Shown: positions 9,156-20,137 of the stretch, one piece after another
Position numbering within the stretch: position 1 is the stretch's first letter
How the letters are laid out: the number at the start of each line of letters is the position of its first letter
Source of the DNA: Prochlorococcaceae cyanobacterium
Lineage (GTDB): Bacteria > Cyanobacteriota > Cyanobacteriia > PCC-6307 > Cyanobiaceae
NCBI GenBank assembly: GCA_044375975.1
Contig: JBILLQ010000006.1
Location: 1,901 to 65,900 of the forward strand
Direction of reading: 5' to 3'
Length of the DNA: 64,000 nucleotides
Notes under the pieces: generated by a model
Told to the model about the DNA's origin: nothing
The model's input: the letters and a program-made list of their open reading frames with translations, nothing else
Database searches by the model: none
Position numbers and translations under genes: made by a program

Positions 9156-9431
9156 TTAGAATTCATAGGAGAATGTTTGGAAGGGGTTTCGTGTGCAGGG
9201 GACACTATCATCAGTAATGGTGCCACCAGTCACCCCCTCCAGCTCCTCATCGCTGAGCTGCATGGTTTGCGTTGCCTGATACTTCAACCAATCAGCCTTG
9301 CTGACATCAAACCCTGCCTCCTTCGCCAGGGCTACAGCCGCATCTAGGTCGGCAGCACCCTGAAGCTTGTCCCTGAGAGCAGCATCATCCTTGAGCTTGG
9401 CAAGCAGTGCTGCGAGTTGCTCTTCTGACAT
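9156..9431 (-). CDS. procA: Nif11-leader lanthipeptide precursor; core TITDDSVPCTRNPFQTFSYEF
   Basis: 70-aa leader ending ..LSDEELEGVTGG. The 21-aa core has 1 Cys and 6 Ser/Thr. Confidence 0.9.
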   Translation of the reverse strand: MSEEQLAALLAKLKDDAALRDKLQGAADLDAAVALAKEAGFDVSKADWLKYQATQTMQLSDEELEGVTGGTITDDSVPCTRNPFQTFSYEF

Positions 9432-9595
9432 CGTCTGATACAGCAGGAACTCCTCCATTCATAGCCCAGCCCCCCACAACCAGTCAGCAGCCCTCAGCAC
9501 AAAATCACAAAGCCACTCCCATAGCCAGTCATCCCCACTCCCACCCCTACAACGGGCACTACGGCAGGTTAGAGAGTGATGGACTCAGCGAATGG
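9432..9595 (-). promoter_or_regulatory. Conserved 5' region/promoter of procA copy 2
   Basis: See 8357-8520; there is one mismatch over the 141 nt aligned. Confidence 0.35.
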
Positions 9596-10250
9596 CATCC
9601 TTCCTTCCTGCAACTGGCATCCACTCTCAAAGGGTGCTCCAAGCACTATAAGCGATATTACCAAAACTATCGCCATCATACCAAAGGTGCTCACAAGTGC
9701 CATTGGGTCAGTCGGATGCTCAAGCGATTGCTTGAGAAGAGAGTAAGCAGGAGCAAAAGAAGACATGAGTGTCACCAATGCAACGGCAAATACCCTTTAT
9801 TTTTGATTGTCTTTTTAATCAGCTCCCCGATGAGTTGGGTTAGATTGCTGTCGGATTTAGAAGGGATCATAGCATCGGAGATGGTGACAGGGAGCGGCGT
9901 ATATGGTGGCTGTGTTGAGAGAATAAGTGTATCGCCGGAGTTAAAGAGAGGAGATGGCTGGCTTTGCTCCGGGCCCACGTCAGGGTAGAAATAGCTAAAT
10001 TTTTTGGGCGGGAAAAGCGGCTCAGGGTTGGCAGCGAACAGGCGAAATGGTGCCAGGTAGGATGTCGCATTTAGGTGCTTTGAGAGTGATTGAATAACTA
10101 AAAGCTCCTATAGTTGCAGGGGCTCGAAGGGTTAAGATGCCGAGGTTAGCCGTTATCGCAAGAGGCGATTAGCCCTGGGCACGAGAGCCGGCAGTGGGGT
10201 GTACATTAGCGGTATCATTACACCCCTAGCGAGTCGTAGTGATCCCAGGG

Positions 10251-10508
10251 TTAGAAGTCGTAAGAGATATCTAACTCCCAGTCATCAAAAAAGGAACAAC
10301 CACCAGTCACCCCCTCCAGCTCCTCATCGCTGAGCTCCAGGGTTTGCTTTGCCTGGTACTTCAACCAATCAGCCTTGCTGACATCAAACCCTGCCTCTTT
10401 TGCCAGGGCTACAGCCGCATCTAGGTCGGCAGCAGCCTGAAGCTTGTCCCTGAGAGCAGCATCATCCTTGAGCTTGGCAAGCAGGGCTGCGAGTTGCTCT
10501 TCTGACAT
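10251..10508 (-). CDS. procA: Nif11-leader lanthipeptide precursor; core CSFFDDWELDISYDF
   Basis: 70-aa leader ending ..LSDEELEGVTGG. The 15-aa acidic core has a single Cys at core position 1 and Ser at positions 2 and 12. Confidence 0.9.
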   Translation of the reverse strand: MSEEQLAALLAKLKDDAALRDKLQAAADLDAAVALAKEAGFDVSKADWLKYQAKQTLELSDEELEGVTGGCSFFDDWELDISYDF

Positions 10509-10810
10509 CGCCTGACGGACATACGGTGTTAATGCCACCACTTAGCTTACCCCCAAGAGCCTTCAGTAGTCCTCAGCACAACCTCACAAAGTCACTCCCA
10601 TAGCCACCACGAGCTCCAAAGACCTCCCAGCACCTTTCCAAAGCCTTCTTCGCCCGCCCCGCCGAGCAGGTCGCCACCCCGCTCATCAGCTGCCTGCCAC
10701 GGACACCGCCGCCAAAGCCACAACAACGAAACGCTGTTTGAGGAATCTGAGCGGTTTTATGTCTCTGTGAGTTATGGCGTCCACCATTGTGTGGATGTGG
10801 TGGATTGCCA

Positions 10811-13800
10811 TCAGCCTCTCACCTGTGGCCAGTCCAGCAATCCCGCGCTCAGCAGCGCTGGCAGCCAGCGCAGACCATCCACGGCCTCAAGCAAAGCAAG
10901 CGCCACACCCGCCTTACCGGTGTAGAGACCGGGCAGGTTGAGCGAGCCGTTGTCGACGCTGAAATATGTATAGCCACCGCTGGCTCGAGCCTGGTTAATC
11001 ACGGCGCTCTCGGCTGCAGCCACAGGCGCTTCCAGCTCCTGGCCGCTGACTTGGGCATCAATCCGCAGCAGGCTGGTGAGTCCAAGCACCCCGCAGCAGA
11101 GATGGGCAGGAGCCTCGCCGGCGCGGCTCGAGAGTTGCTCCAGGCTGGTCAGCGTGCTGGCCCTGGCACTCTGCTGCTCGGCCGCAGTTTGTTCATCCGC
11201 CAGAGCCGTTGCACAAAGAATCCAACGCGAGAGCAGGATTCCAGGTGCCCCATGGCACCAGCTGAGCATGAATTCACTGGGTTCACTGCTGGTCCTGAAA
11301 TCGGGCCAGTTGCCACGATCGCCATCAAAAACGGATCGCTCATAGGCCACCGCATGGCGTGCTCCCTTGGCAAAGCGTTCCTCACCGCAGGCCTGGGACA
11401 ACCGCGCCAAGGCAGCAGCCATGCCTGCAGCGCCGTGAGAGAAACCTGTGAGGGGCTGCTTCCCGAGGCTGGGCAATCCCGCAGGCCAGCCGCCGCTATC
11501 GAGCTGGAGCGACAGCAATCGGTCACCGCAGATGACCGCGAGCTCCTGGGCCCTTGGGGTGCCTGCAAGCAGCAGCGGGCCGATCAGTCCACAAACCCCG
11601 CCGATCACATCGATGCCCTCATCGGCCAGCAGCCGCTCAGGGCGGAGTTGATCGATCAGCAGTTCGGCCAGCGCCGACGCATCCTGCAGCCCTGAACGCT
11701 GTAGCAACTGCAGCGCCAACAAGATCCCCCCCGAGCCTGCAATCCCATAGGGCTGATCGCGAACCAGGCGAAACAACTGATCATTACTGTTGCGCTCGGC
11801 CAGCTCGGCCAGGCTTTCAAAGCAGCTCCAGGCCCGTTTGCGCCACAGCTCAGCCGTCTCACCGGCGCTGGCCAGGGCGAGGCGGGCAAACAGCAGGGCG
11901 GTGCCGCTGCCGCCCGAATAAAGCGAATTGCCGATTAAACCGAAGTGGAACGATTCACCATCGGCACCCAGGTCGATGCCCAACCATTCGGGACGGCCCT
12001 TGGTGTCGCTGATGGCGTCATCCCAGAGCTCCTGACCCAGCCGAAACGCCTCCTGGCGGTAGGCCTCTGGATCGACAACGTCGTTTGCATCGCCTGTGGC
12101 GCTGGTGCGCACAGCCCCTGCGGCAGCGACCGCAGTGGCGCTTGTCTTCAGCTGCCGTGCAGCGATCGCGCCCCGGATCAGCTGCAGCTGGAAATCGATC
12201 TCAACCTGATCCAGAGTCAGCAGGCGCCGGCACGCGGCAGTCAGACCACTGGCTTTCATGAACTCCTGGATCGGAGCCAGTCCCTCGGGCAGTGGGAGCT
12301 CTTCACCGTCAATCGAATGCTCAAAAAAGGGGATGTCGAGCCGCTCCATCTGCAGCAGTTCGGCCTTCAGCATCAGCCAACTGATCGGCTTCTCCCTGGC
12401 CAGCACAAAGCTGCGGCTCAGCTGCTCGAGCTTGAGCCCATGCACCACTGCGTTGCGCAGAGCGGCTGGCTCCAGCATCTGCCGCTGAATGATGAAATAC
12501 AGGCGTGTGGCCCGTGCCACCAGGCGCCGCGGTTGGCCGCGGAAGCCATCGAGAGCCTGCTGCAGCAAGGGCTTCAGGCGGATGGCTTCCTGCAGCTGGG
12601 CGGCAAAGCCACTGCACAGCTCATCAACAAAATCGTTGAGGCGCTGGGGGCTGCCCAGGCCCACCGGCAGGCTGGTGGGCAACTCACAAGGCTGCCTCAA
12701 ACGGCCGGCCATCATGCCGTCGCTGTTGAGGCCCAGCCAGCCGGGCATGGTGCGTTCTGGCGGTGGCGGCTGAATGCCGAGGGCACTGATGTCCAAGGCC
12801 AATTTGCGGCCAGCGCCGACCATTAGCCACTGGGGCAGCAGGCCTGAGCGCAGCACCGAACCCTGCATCGACGTCTGCAACGCCGAGATCGCATCGGGAT
12901 CATCGCCGTCGTCACTGATCAGGTTGCGCGGATCGGCCTCCAGCAGAGTTTCGGTATCGATCAGGATCAGCTGATCGCCGCTGGCGATCAGGTTTTCGTA
13001 GTGGCAATCGGTGCAGCCCAGCAGGTGCAGCACCGCCATGGTGCGGCCTGCATTGGTGTAAAAGCGGGCCAGCTCCTCATCGCTTGTACAGGGGCGGTGC
13101 TCCACCCACTCCATGAAGCCGTAGCCATCTTGGTTGATCACCATCAGTCTGCGCAAAGGCTCCAGATCTGAGGTGTCGTTGAGCGCTTGCAGATAGGTCT
13201 GGTAGGTCGCATCGACCTGCATGTCCTTGGGCTTGTAGACAACCCTGCGTGCGTCGTCTCCATTACCAAAGGTCAAAATCGCCACCGCGCGGCCGCCTCG
13301 GTGCGGATCGCTCAGGCCCAGCTGGATCGAGGTCGGGTAAGCATCGCCAGCGATGGCGAAGTTCAGCGCCAGCTCTTTTCGGCTGGCGGCCAGCCGGCGC
13401 AGCATCTCTTCGCTGGCGTCCAGCCAGAGTCGGCAAACCACCGCAAGCAGGCGGCCCAGCACGGGATAGTCCGCCAGCAGCAAGCTGTAGCCGCTGCGCA
13501 ACAGGTCGCCAATGAAGCCGTCATAGGCCTGATGAACCGGGCCGCCCGTACCGTCGCCTTGGGCCCCCAGGTGAGCCAGCAGCATCTGGCCTGGGGTGCG
13601 CCGCTGGTGGAACAGCTCCCAGAGGGCCTGATCGGCCGTTTCGCACAACCGCTCCAGCAGGGCTTCTCCCAGATCTAGCCAGGCCGCCTCGGTGAGCTGC
13701 AGCTGGGAATCCAGGTCGGCGCAGCTACATTTAAGTCGTTCCAGCGCCCAGCTAGCGGCTGGCCGCCAGGCATGGGCAAACGGTTTGCTGGCCCCGCGCT

Positions 13801-14143
13801 CAGCCAGCAGCTGGTGCTCTGCGCAGGCAGCGGCATCGCGGCCCGCCTGGCGCAGGGCCTCCAGCAGCGGCCACCAATCAGGATTCTGCGGTACGGCCAG
13901 ATCCGGTGGATCCAGAGCCCAGACAGCGCTGGTCTGATTCAGTCCGTTCCAGGCGAGCCGCTTGTCGAAATTGTCAGGCTGATCGGGGGCCACCACCTGA
14001 CGCCAGCTCTCAAGCGCCAGGTTGCTTTGTAGGTTGCCTGGTACGGCCATCGCCGCTTCAAGCCGCTGATGCAGGCTCCAGCCCTCGCGGCGCAGTTGCT
14101 TCTCGAGCGTGGTGTCCTGCTGCTCCGAAACCACGTCCTGCAC
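10811..14143 (-). CDS. lanM: Class II lanthipeptide synthetase LanM (ProcM-like, CCG zinc-site type)
   Basis: 1110 aa. The N-terminal dehydratase region contains [19 protein letters not shown]. The C-terminal LanC-like cyclase has [16 protein letters not shown] and HLCCGVLG. Confidence 0.95.
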   Translation of the reverse strand: MQDVVSEQQDTTLEKQLRREGWSLHQRLEAAMAVPGNLQSNLALESWRQVVAPDQPDNFDKRLAWNGLNQTSAVWALDPPDLAVPQNPDWWPLLEALRQAGRDAAACAEHQLLAERGASKPFAHAWRPAASWALERLKCSCADLDSQLQLTEAAWLDLGEALLERLCETADQALWELFHQRRTPGQMLLAHLGAQGDGTGGPVHQAYDGFIGDLLRSGYSLLLADYPVLGRLLAVVCRLWLDASEEMLRRLAASRKELALNFAIAGDAYPTSIQLGLSDPHRGGRAVAILTFGNGDDARRVVYKPKDMQVDATYQTYLQALNDTSDLEPLRRLMVINQDGYGFMEWVEHRPCTSDEELARFYTNAGRTMAVLHLLGCTDCHYENLIASGDQLILIDTETLLEADPRNLISDDGDDPDAISALQTSMQGSVLRSGLLPQWLMVGAGRKLALDISALGIQPPPPERTMPGWLGLNSDGMMAGRLRQPCELPTSLPVGLGSPQRLNDFVDELCSGFAAQLQEAIRLKPLLQQALDGFRGQPRRLVARATRLYFIIQRQMLEPAALRNAVVHGLKLEQLSRSFVLAREKPISWLMLKAELLQMERLDIPFFEHSIDGEELPLPEGLAPIQEFMKASGLTAACRRLLTLDQVEIDFQLQLIRGAIAARQLKTSATAVAAAGAVRTSATGDANDVVDPEAYRQEAFRLGQELWDDAISDTKGRPEWLGIDLGADGESFHFGLIGNSLYSGGSGTALLFARLALASAGETAELWRKRAWSCFESLAELAERNSNDQLFRLVRDQPYGIAGSGGILLALQLLQRSGLQDASALAELLIDQLRPERLLADEGIDVIGGVCGLIGPLLLAGTPRAQELAVICGDRLLSLQLDSGGWPAGLPSLGKQPLTGFSHGAAGMAAALARLSQACGEERFAKGARHAVAYERSVFDGDRGNWPDFRTSSEPSEFMLSWCHGAPGILLSRWILCATALADEQTAAEQQSARASTLTSLEQLSSRAGEAPAHLCCGVLGLTSLLRIDAQVSGQELEAPVAAAESAVINQARASGGYTYFSVDNGSLNLPGLYTGKAGVALALLEAVDGLRWLPALLSAGLLDWPQVRG

Positions 14144-14196
14144 TGGGTGAACCTTTGAATGACCAGGAGCCTAGGTTTTGTGTCTCACCAGGTTCG

Positions 14197-16368
14197 TCAC
14201 CCCTCCATGCGATTCAGGTAGCCACCCGGCTGGTGCTGAAGTTCGTCAAAGGTGCCCAGTTCACTGATCGTTCCGCCAGAGATCACAGCGATCTGGTCGG
14301 CAGACTCGATCGTTGAAAGTCGATGGGCAATGGCAACCCTGGTGATCGCCAGCGATGCGAGGGTGCGGGTCACCGCCGCCTGCGTTGGGGCATCCAGGGC
14401 ACTGGTGGCCTCATCGAGGAGGAGTATTTTGGGTTTGCCGATCAGAGCTCGGGCCAGCGATAGCCGCTGCCGCTGGCCCCCTGAAATGCCCATGGCCCCC
14501 TCACTGATCATGGTTTCGAGCTTCATCGGCATGCGCTCCACATCGTCTGCGATCGAGGCCTGATCCAGCGCCTGCCACACCTCCTCACGGCTGTAGGCCC
14601 TGCCGGCGCGCACCACGTCATAGATCGAACCCGTGGGCAGGGGCGAGTTTTGCAACACCACCCCGAGCTGGCGGCGGTACTGGCGCACAGCCAGGTTGCG
14701 CAGATCGATCCCGTCGATGTTGATCACGCCAGCTTCCGGTTCCATCAACCTCAGCAGACAACGCAGCAGGGTGGTCTTGCCACAGCCAGAAGCGCCCGTG
14801 ATCGCGGTATAGCACCCTTGCGGAATGGTGAGATTAATCTGCTTAAGCAGCGGCGCTGACGCATCTGCATAGCGCACCTGCAGGTTATTCATTTCAATCT
14901 GCCCCACGAGCTTATGCATCTGCGCGGCCGCCCCATGGCCGGCTTCAGGGGTGGCAAACATCACCACGCTGCTGCGCTCCCAAAGCACCATCAGCTTGGC
15001 CACCGAGTTTGCCACCTGCACCGTCAGGGATGACAACTGGCTGTTGAAGGACACATAGGCCGCCTGAAAGGCGACAAAGGCCGCCACAAGCTGGTTGGCG
15101 CCCATCATCGCAAGTCCACCTGAATCGGCGGCCTGGGTCTTGGCCTGATCCAGCATCCACACCAGAGCGATGAACACCACCACCTGGCCCAGGGGTGTGA
15201 GCACCCTGGCCAGCACTTCCAGGGCATTGTTAGCGGCCTGACCCCGAACCATCAACGCACCGAGACGCACCACATCGTTTATCCACTGTTCAAAGACAAA
15301 GGGCTCACTGCCGCTAACTCGGATCTGGGGCATGCCGACCACGGCTTGCAGTCCCATGTCATTGATCCGCGCTTGGCCCTCCTGAAGGGGTTGTTCGAGC
15401 TTGGCGGCCTGGAGCACCAGCAGCAGCATCACCACGGCACTCACCAGGCTGAATGCCGCTGCCACCAAGGCCAACTGGGTCTGGTAGATAAACATCAATG
15501 CCAGGTTGCTGAGTGAAAACAGCAGGCCCAGCCCGGCGTTGAGCAGGCCGCTACTCATTAGCTGCCGCATCTGACTGATTGAGCCCACCCGGGTCACCAG
15601 ATCGGCGGTGCCCAGGGTCTGGAAAAACGCGATGGGCAGCCGCAGCAGGTGGCTCCAGACCCCTGCCTCCAGGCGCAAGTTCACCAGGGATTCCATCCGC
15701 ACTGTGGCCAGGCTGCTGAACCCTTGGGACACCACCGTGCACAGGGCGATCAACATCACCACCAGCGAGGTTTCGACCACTAGCCGCAGCTCCCCCAGGG
15801 GCAACACCGTGCCCACCAGGAACGCGGTGAGCATGGGAATGCTGAGGTTGAAGATCGCCACCACCACAGCGCTGAAGACGACCGTGAGCAAGGGGGTGAT
15901 GTGGCTGCCCAGGGCAAAGCTCAACAAACTTCCGAGGGAAGCCAGGGGGACCGGCAGTGAGGCATAGAGCTCGAAGGCGTAGGGCTTCAGCGCCAACTCA
16001 GGCTGCAATGGCAGGCGCTGACCGCTGCGGGGGTCAAAGGTGACGGTTTGTCCAGCCAGGCGATGCACTGCCAAGGATCGGCCATCGTCTTCCGCAAAGA
16101 CAATCAACATCGCCCGGGTGGAACGGATTAGATCGGTTGGTGTTTTGACCTCCCGGTGGGTGATGTTGTTGATCTCAAGCAGATCGCTAAAGCTGCCTTC
16201 GGAGGGAACAATGGGGCGCCCATCCCCAAGCACCGCCATGGCGTAGCTCAAGGCCCTGCAGCTTGGATCACTCGAATTGCCGCTAAAGGTCAGCTCGTCC
16301 AGCCCCTGCTGCTGCACGGCGGCCATGCCCCGTAGGAGCGCCTGCTGACGGGTGTGCGCGAGGGTCAT
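14197..16368 (-). CDS. Bacteriocin-export ABC transporter permease/ATPase, no active peptidase domain (NHLM/N11P system second ABC)
   Basis: 723 aa with a non-catalytic N-terminal domain and a 6-TM region. Walker A is GASGCGKTT, signature ISGGQRQRL, Walker [17 protein letters not shown] overlap with the upstream ABC gene. Confidence 0.9.
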   Translation of the reverse strand: MTLAHTRQQALLRGMAAVQQQGLDELTFSGNSSDPSCRALSYAMAVLGDGRPIVPSEGSFSDLLEINNITHREVKTPTDLIRSTRAMLIVFAEDDGRSLAVHRLAGQTVTFDPRSGQRLPLQPELALKPYAFELYASLPVPLASLGSLLSFALGSHITPLLTVVFSAVVVAIFNLSIPMLTAFLVGTVLPLGELRLVVETSLVVMLIALCTVVSQGFSSLATVRMESLVNLRLEAGVWSHLLRLPIAFFQTLGTADLVTRVGSISQMRQLMSSGLLNAGLGLLFSLSNLALMFIYQTQLALVAAAFSLVSAVVMLLLVLQAAKLEQPLQEGQARINDMGLQAVVGMPQIRVSGSEPFVFEQWINDVVRLGALMVRGQAANNALEVLARVLTPLGQVVVFIALVWMLDQAKTQAADSGGLAMMGANQLVAAFVAFQAAYVSFNSQLSSLTVQVANSVAKLMVLWERSSVVMFATPEAGHGAAAQMHKLVGQIEMNNLQVRYADASAPLLKQINLTIPQGCYTAITGASGCGKTTLLRCLLRLMEPEAGVINIDGIDLRNLAVRQYRRQLGVVLQNSPLPTGSIYDVVRAGRAYSREEVWQALDQASIADDVERMPMKLETMISEGAMGISGGQRQRLSLARALIGKPKILLLDEATSALDAPTQAAVTRTLASLAITRVAIAHRLSTIESADQIAVISGGTISELGTFDELQHQPGGYLNRMEG

Positions 16369-18554
16369 TGTCTGCGTCCTGCTGGGGCACTCACCAGCTC
16401 GGCCTCCAGCAGCAGCCGGTAGTGCCCGTTCGCTTCTGCCAGGTCCTTCGGGTGGCCCTGTTCAACCAATTGACCTTGTTCGAGCACTATGACCCAATCG
16501 CTAATCTGGGCTCCATACATCCGGTGAGCCACGGTAACCAAGGTGCGAGGTGTACGTTTGATTGCCGTTAGAATTTGCTGCTCTCTCCGTTCATCGAGGG
16601 CACTGGTGGCCTCGTCCATCAGCAGCACGGTGGGCTGGTGCAGCAGGGCCCGGGCAATCTCAACCCGCTGACGCTGACCGCCGCTGAGGTTGCCGCCGCC
16701 CTCGCCCAGTTGCATTGCCAGAGCACCGGCACCGCCCAAATCATCGAGTAGGCCCGCTTCAGCCAGAGCGGTCAGGGCGTCACTGGAGCGAAAGCGTGGA
16801 TCCCAGAGGCTGAGATTCTGCTCCAGCGTCGCTGGGAAAAGAAAAACATCCTGGGAGACAAGGGCAATCGAGGCGCGCAGGGTGGGATCGTCCCAATCGA
16901 GCCAATCGCGGCCGTCGTAAAGGATTCTCCCCTGACTGGGGCGATACAGGCCGGCGATAAGCCGCAGCAGGGTCGATTTACCCGAACCACTGCCCCCAAC
17001 GATCGCCAGATGTGCTCCTGCCTGAAGGCTCAGGTTCAGGCCGCCAAACATCAGCGGCGTGGTGGAACTGAACTGGTACCCCAGATCGCTGAGCTCCAGA
17101 GAACCGGCCAGCTGTCGCTGAGGGCGATCGTCTGCTGCCGCCATCTGAAAACTGCGAACCAGCGGATCAACTTCGGTGTCGATCACATCATTTACCCTAC
17201 CCATTTCGCCGTCGAGCTGCTGCAGCTGGGTGCTCAGCAAGTTGAGCTGCTGTAAGGGGGCCTGAATCATGCCCATCAGAAACTGAAATGCCATCAATTC
17301 ACCTAGGGTAATTTGCCCCATGATGATCATCACACCGCCAAGCAGGATCACACTGCAGCGCAGCAAAAATCCCGAGGTGGTTCCGATCAGACCCACCAGC
17401 GAGGTGGCCAAAGATTGTTTTTGCAGCTCAGCGAGTGCATCATTGAAACTTCCAGACCATTGCATGAATGATTCATTTTCCAGGCCACTGGCCTTGATGC
17501 TCTCAATGCACTGGATCACATACATGCCAATACCAGCAGCCTTTCCCTGCAGCACTGCTAGCTTGTAATTGTCGCCTTTTCTCACCTCGCGAATCCAAAG
17601 AGTAAGGGCGGAATTGCCGCCGGCAATCGCTACTGTGAGCAGGGATAGCCAAGGGGAGATCAGCAGACCAACCAGCAGGGCCAGCAGGCCTGAGCCGAGC
17701 GAGAGCACAAAGCCGATGACGCCATTGACGCTGAGTTGCACCAATGAGAAAGGCAGAATCAACCGCGTCGCCACCTCACCCCGCATGCGTTGCACGAAAT
17801 AGCGATACGGCAGGCTGAAGAGGGAGATATAGAGCAGGCTGCTGATGCGTTTAAGCAAGAGGAAGCCAAGGCTCCGCAGCAACAGCTTCTGAAGATTAAG
17901 CAGCGCGATTAGCACCACCACAGCGATTCCCGTGATCCAGATTGTTGGGATCGCGATGTTTTCCCGACCCTCTTGAAGAAAACTATCGATGAACTGGCTG
18001 GTGGCACCGGCGATGAACAGCTCGGGCAGGGCCCCTGCCAGCGACACTAGGGCGAGCCAAGGGATCAGGCTGAGATAGGGCTTGAGCAGGCTGGGCACCC
18101 AGTGATAAAGCCCGGGCTCGCTGCCTCCACGCCTGAATGCCGAGCCTGGGTGTAGCTCCAGTACGACGCCGGTGAAGCTGGCCTGGAACTCCTCCCAGTC
18201 GACACGGCGGCGCCCACTGGCGGGATCACTCAGAAACGCTTGGCCGTGCTCGAAGCCTTCGAGCACGAGAAAGTGATTAAAATTCCAGAACAGGATGCAG
18301 GGGTAATGACCAGTCTTGAGCAGCGCATCGGCGCTGCGGCGAAAGGCCTTCACCTCGAGTCCGTAGCTCTGGGCAGCCCGCTTCAGTTGTATTGCGGTGA
18401 CCCCATCGCGGCTGATACCACATCGTTCACGCAACTCGGCTAGAGGCAGAATCTTGCCCAAATAAGCCATCACGATCTTGAGGCTGGCGGCTCCGCATTC
18501 CACCGACTCATACTGCAGCACTGTGGAGGTCACCACCCGAGACTTCCGATTCAT
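16365..18554 (-). CDS. Bifunctional C39 peptidase / ABC transporter (double-glycine leader cleavage and export)
   Basis: Starts MNRKSRVVTSTVLQYESVECGAASL, with catalytic Cys20 at 18495-18497. NHFLVLEGF supplies the His motif. The ABC part has GGSGSGKST, LSGGQRQR and [15 protein letters not shown] overlap with the hlyD stop. The 779-aa track ORF is an upstream extension. Confidence 0.9.
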   Translation of the reverse strand: MNRKSRVVTSTVLQYESVECGAASLKIVMAYLGKILPLAELRERCGISRDGVTAIQLKRAAQSYGLEVKAFRRSADALLKTGHYPCILFWNFNHFLVLEGFEHGQAFLSDPASGRRRVDWEEFQASFTGVVLELHPGSAFRRGGSEPGLYHWVPSLLKPYLSLIPWLALVSLAGALPELFIAGATSQFIDSFLQEGRENIAIPTIWITGIAVVVLIALLNLQKLLLRSLGFLLLKRISSLLYISLFSLPYRYFVQRMRGEVATRLILPFSLVQLSVNGVIGFVLSLGSGLLALLVGLLISPWLSLLTVAIAGGNSALTLWIREVRKGDNYKLAVLQGKAAGIGMYVIQCIESIKASGLENESFMQWSGSFNDALAELQKQSLATSLVGLIGTTSGFLLRCSVILLGGVMIIMGQITLGELMAFQFLMGMIQAPLQQLNLLSTQLQQLDGEMGRVNDVIDTEVDPLVRSFQMAAADDRPQRQLAGSLELSDLGYQFSSTTPLMFGGLNLSLQAGAHLAIVGGSGSGKSTLLRLIAGLYRPSQGRILYDGRDWLDWDDPTLRASIALVSQDVFLFPATLEQNLSLWDPRFRSSDALTALAEAGLLDDLGGAGALAMQLGEGGGNLSGGQRQRVEIARALLHQPTVLLMDEATSALDERREQQILTAIKRTPRTLVTVAHRMYGAQISDWVIVLEQGQLVEQGHPKDLAEANGHYRLLLEAELVSAPAGRRQ

Positions 18555-20125
18555 TTGTTGTCGACCACCAGGCCAAGAGCACGCCTGAGTGCAGGCATCA
18601 CGAATTCGACCGGCCGCCGATACGTAGTGGTGATCTGCACGTCGGCCAGGGTGGCCAGGCGCACAGGGTGGGGCGGCAAACGTCCCGAGCTCCAGCGGTA
18701 GCAATCGTAGCTACTGCCACTTCTGCACCGGTCCGGAGTGGTTTGCTCCAGCTGAACCCGCGCCAGATACGGAGTGAGAGTGATCTGTTGGATCGGATTT
18801 ACCAGGGCACGACTCCCCACCGCTCCCAGTAGCCCATCACCCTGAAGGGGCAGCTTGTTGACCTCAATGACACGCCCTGGAATGCCACCGTATTGGGCCC
18901 GGGAGATCCCCTTCGGCGTCACCAGCACCTTCATACCTTCACTCACCTGCTGGGCGGCTGAAGGGTCTAGAAAAACGGGAATTAAACTGGGCAGAGATGG
19001 TGACATCTTCGTGAATATGAGCAGCTCATCACCTTGTTTGACAAAAGTACCATTCACGAAATTGCGGGCCAGGATATAGAAGCCATTCACGGGCGCAAAA
19101 ATGGTTGTGGCGCTGAGGTAACTGACTAGTTGATTTTCGAGCTTGTTAAGGTTGTCAATGCTTGAAACGATGGCTTGCTTCGACTGCTCAAGCTGCTCAT
19201 CGCGACTGATCGAGGTGTTGACCTGAGCGGAGTCGGCGCTGAGCAGCTGCCCCTCAAGTGCATTGATGCGCGATTGCTCTTCCAGCACGGTGGTGCCAGG
19301 TAAATACCCCTGCTTCCAAAGGGTTAGATAGCGTCGATAAAGATCACGACGTTGCTTGAGTTCGGCAACAAGAGTTTGCCGCTGGTTGCTTTGTAAGCCT
19401 CCCAACTGGCTAAGGGTGCCCGCTCGAGCAAGTCTTTCGGAGCGCTGCTGGCGATGCAGCTTTTCGGCTGGCAGTATCCCCAGTAAGGCTGCATTTAACT
19501 CCAGATGGGCGGCTTCATTCTCTATGCGGGCTATAACGGTGCCACTGGGATAACTCAATGTGATCGGTCTGCTCTGGCGTTCAACAGCTTTGGAGGTTGC
19601 CAGGTTTGCCGGTAAGAGAAACGTCTGGCCCTGTACGGATGCCAGTGCCGCTTGCACCAGTTCTGCCAACTTGGCCGCATCATTCACATTGCTGGTGAAG
19701 ACGGTGGCTTGGCTCCGCCAGAACTGACCCAACATCTCATTGCGTTGACGCTGCAGCGCCGGCAGGTTGTTGGCACCAAACCCGCTCACCTGATAGCGAA
19801 GGATCCCCGAGCTGGCCGCATTCAGGCTTTCCAAACCGCCAGGCGGCACGATCGCGCCGGTGCCGTTCACCTGGACCGGAACCCGAGCCAGGACCGACCA
19901 AAGCACCCCGAGCATGGCGATGGCGGCCGCAGCAATCGCCGTGAGCCGAACTGGCAGCGGCAAAAAGGCGACCGGTTTGGTGGCATCAGCTCCAGCCTTG
20001 AGGCGCTCCAGCGCCACCTGTTCAAAGATCTCGAAGCGTTCGGCCGCCCGTTTCGGGGAACCGCCGCATTCGACTGGGGCAGAGCCCTGTTCAGGATTGA
20101 ATCGATCGTCCGGGGGGGAGGGCAT
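18551..20125 (-). CDS. HlyD-family membrane-fusion/secretion protein of the bacteriocin exporter
   Basis: 524 aa with a single N-terminal TM (LTAIAAAAIAMLGVLWSVLA). It has long coiled-coil segments and a C-terminal beta-barrel-like region, as in type I secretion adaptors. Confidence 0.85.
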   Translation of the reverse strand: MPSPPDDRFNPEQGSAPVECGGSPKRAAERFEIFEQVALERLKAGADATKPVAFLPLPVRLTAIAAAAIAMLGVLWSVLARVPVQVNGTGAIVPPGGLESLNAASSGILRYQVSGFGANNLPALQRQRNEMLGQFWRSQATVFTSNVNDAAKLAELVQAALASVQGQTFLLPANLATSKAVERQSRPITLSYPSGTVIARIENEAAHLELNAALLGILPAEKLHRQQRSERLARAGTLSQLGGLQSNQRQTLVAELKQRRDLYRRYLTLWKQGYLPGTTVLEEQSRINALEGQLLSADSAQVNTSISRDEQLEQSKQAIVSSIDNLNKLENQLVSYLSATTIFAPVNGFYILARNFVNGTFVKQGDELLIFTKMSPSLPSLIPVFLDPSAAQQVSEGMKVLVTPKGISRAQYGGIPGRVIEVNKLPLQGDGLLGAVGSRALVNPIQQITLTPYLARVQLEQTTPDRCRSGSSYDCYRWSSGRLPPHPVRLATLADVQITTTYRRPVEFVMPALRRALGLVVDNK

Positions 20126-20137
20126 GCTATGGCGTCC

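Larger units (their letters stand above)
8057..10541. repeat. Tandem ~1.09-kb procA cassette, about 2.3 copies
   Basis: The precursor stop codons are 1099 and 1095 nt apart (8057, 9156, 10251). 8380-8520 vs 9455-9595 is 140/141 identical by hand alignment. 8897-9158 vs 9984-10253 and the spacers also align with more divergence. The core-peptide codons do not align. Confidence 0.85.

Noticed and set aside
9569-9778. A 65-69-aa minus-strand ORF with a convincing-looking TM helix (ALVSTFGMMAIVLVISLIVLGAPF) between procA copies 2 and 3, considered as a possible immunity peptide.
   Set aside because: The homologous frame in copy 1 (about 8495-8625) reads MALGSTFSEMEIVLAEPLIALEAP.., with charged residues replacing the helix. 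It also loses the upstream start through a 1-nt indel, so the ORF is not conserved as a membrane protein.
8030-9988. Plus-strand ORFs 8030-8272, 8332-8778, 9117-9347 and 9407-9988 overlapping or antisense to the procA genes. The two long ones stay open and homologous between cassette copies.
   Set aside because: They start antisense inside the Nif11 leaders. Their similarity just mirrors the DNA duplication (no indels yet), substitutions are mostly non-synonymous, and the composition is His/Pro/Ser junk. The minus-strand frame in the same segment is equally open.
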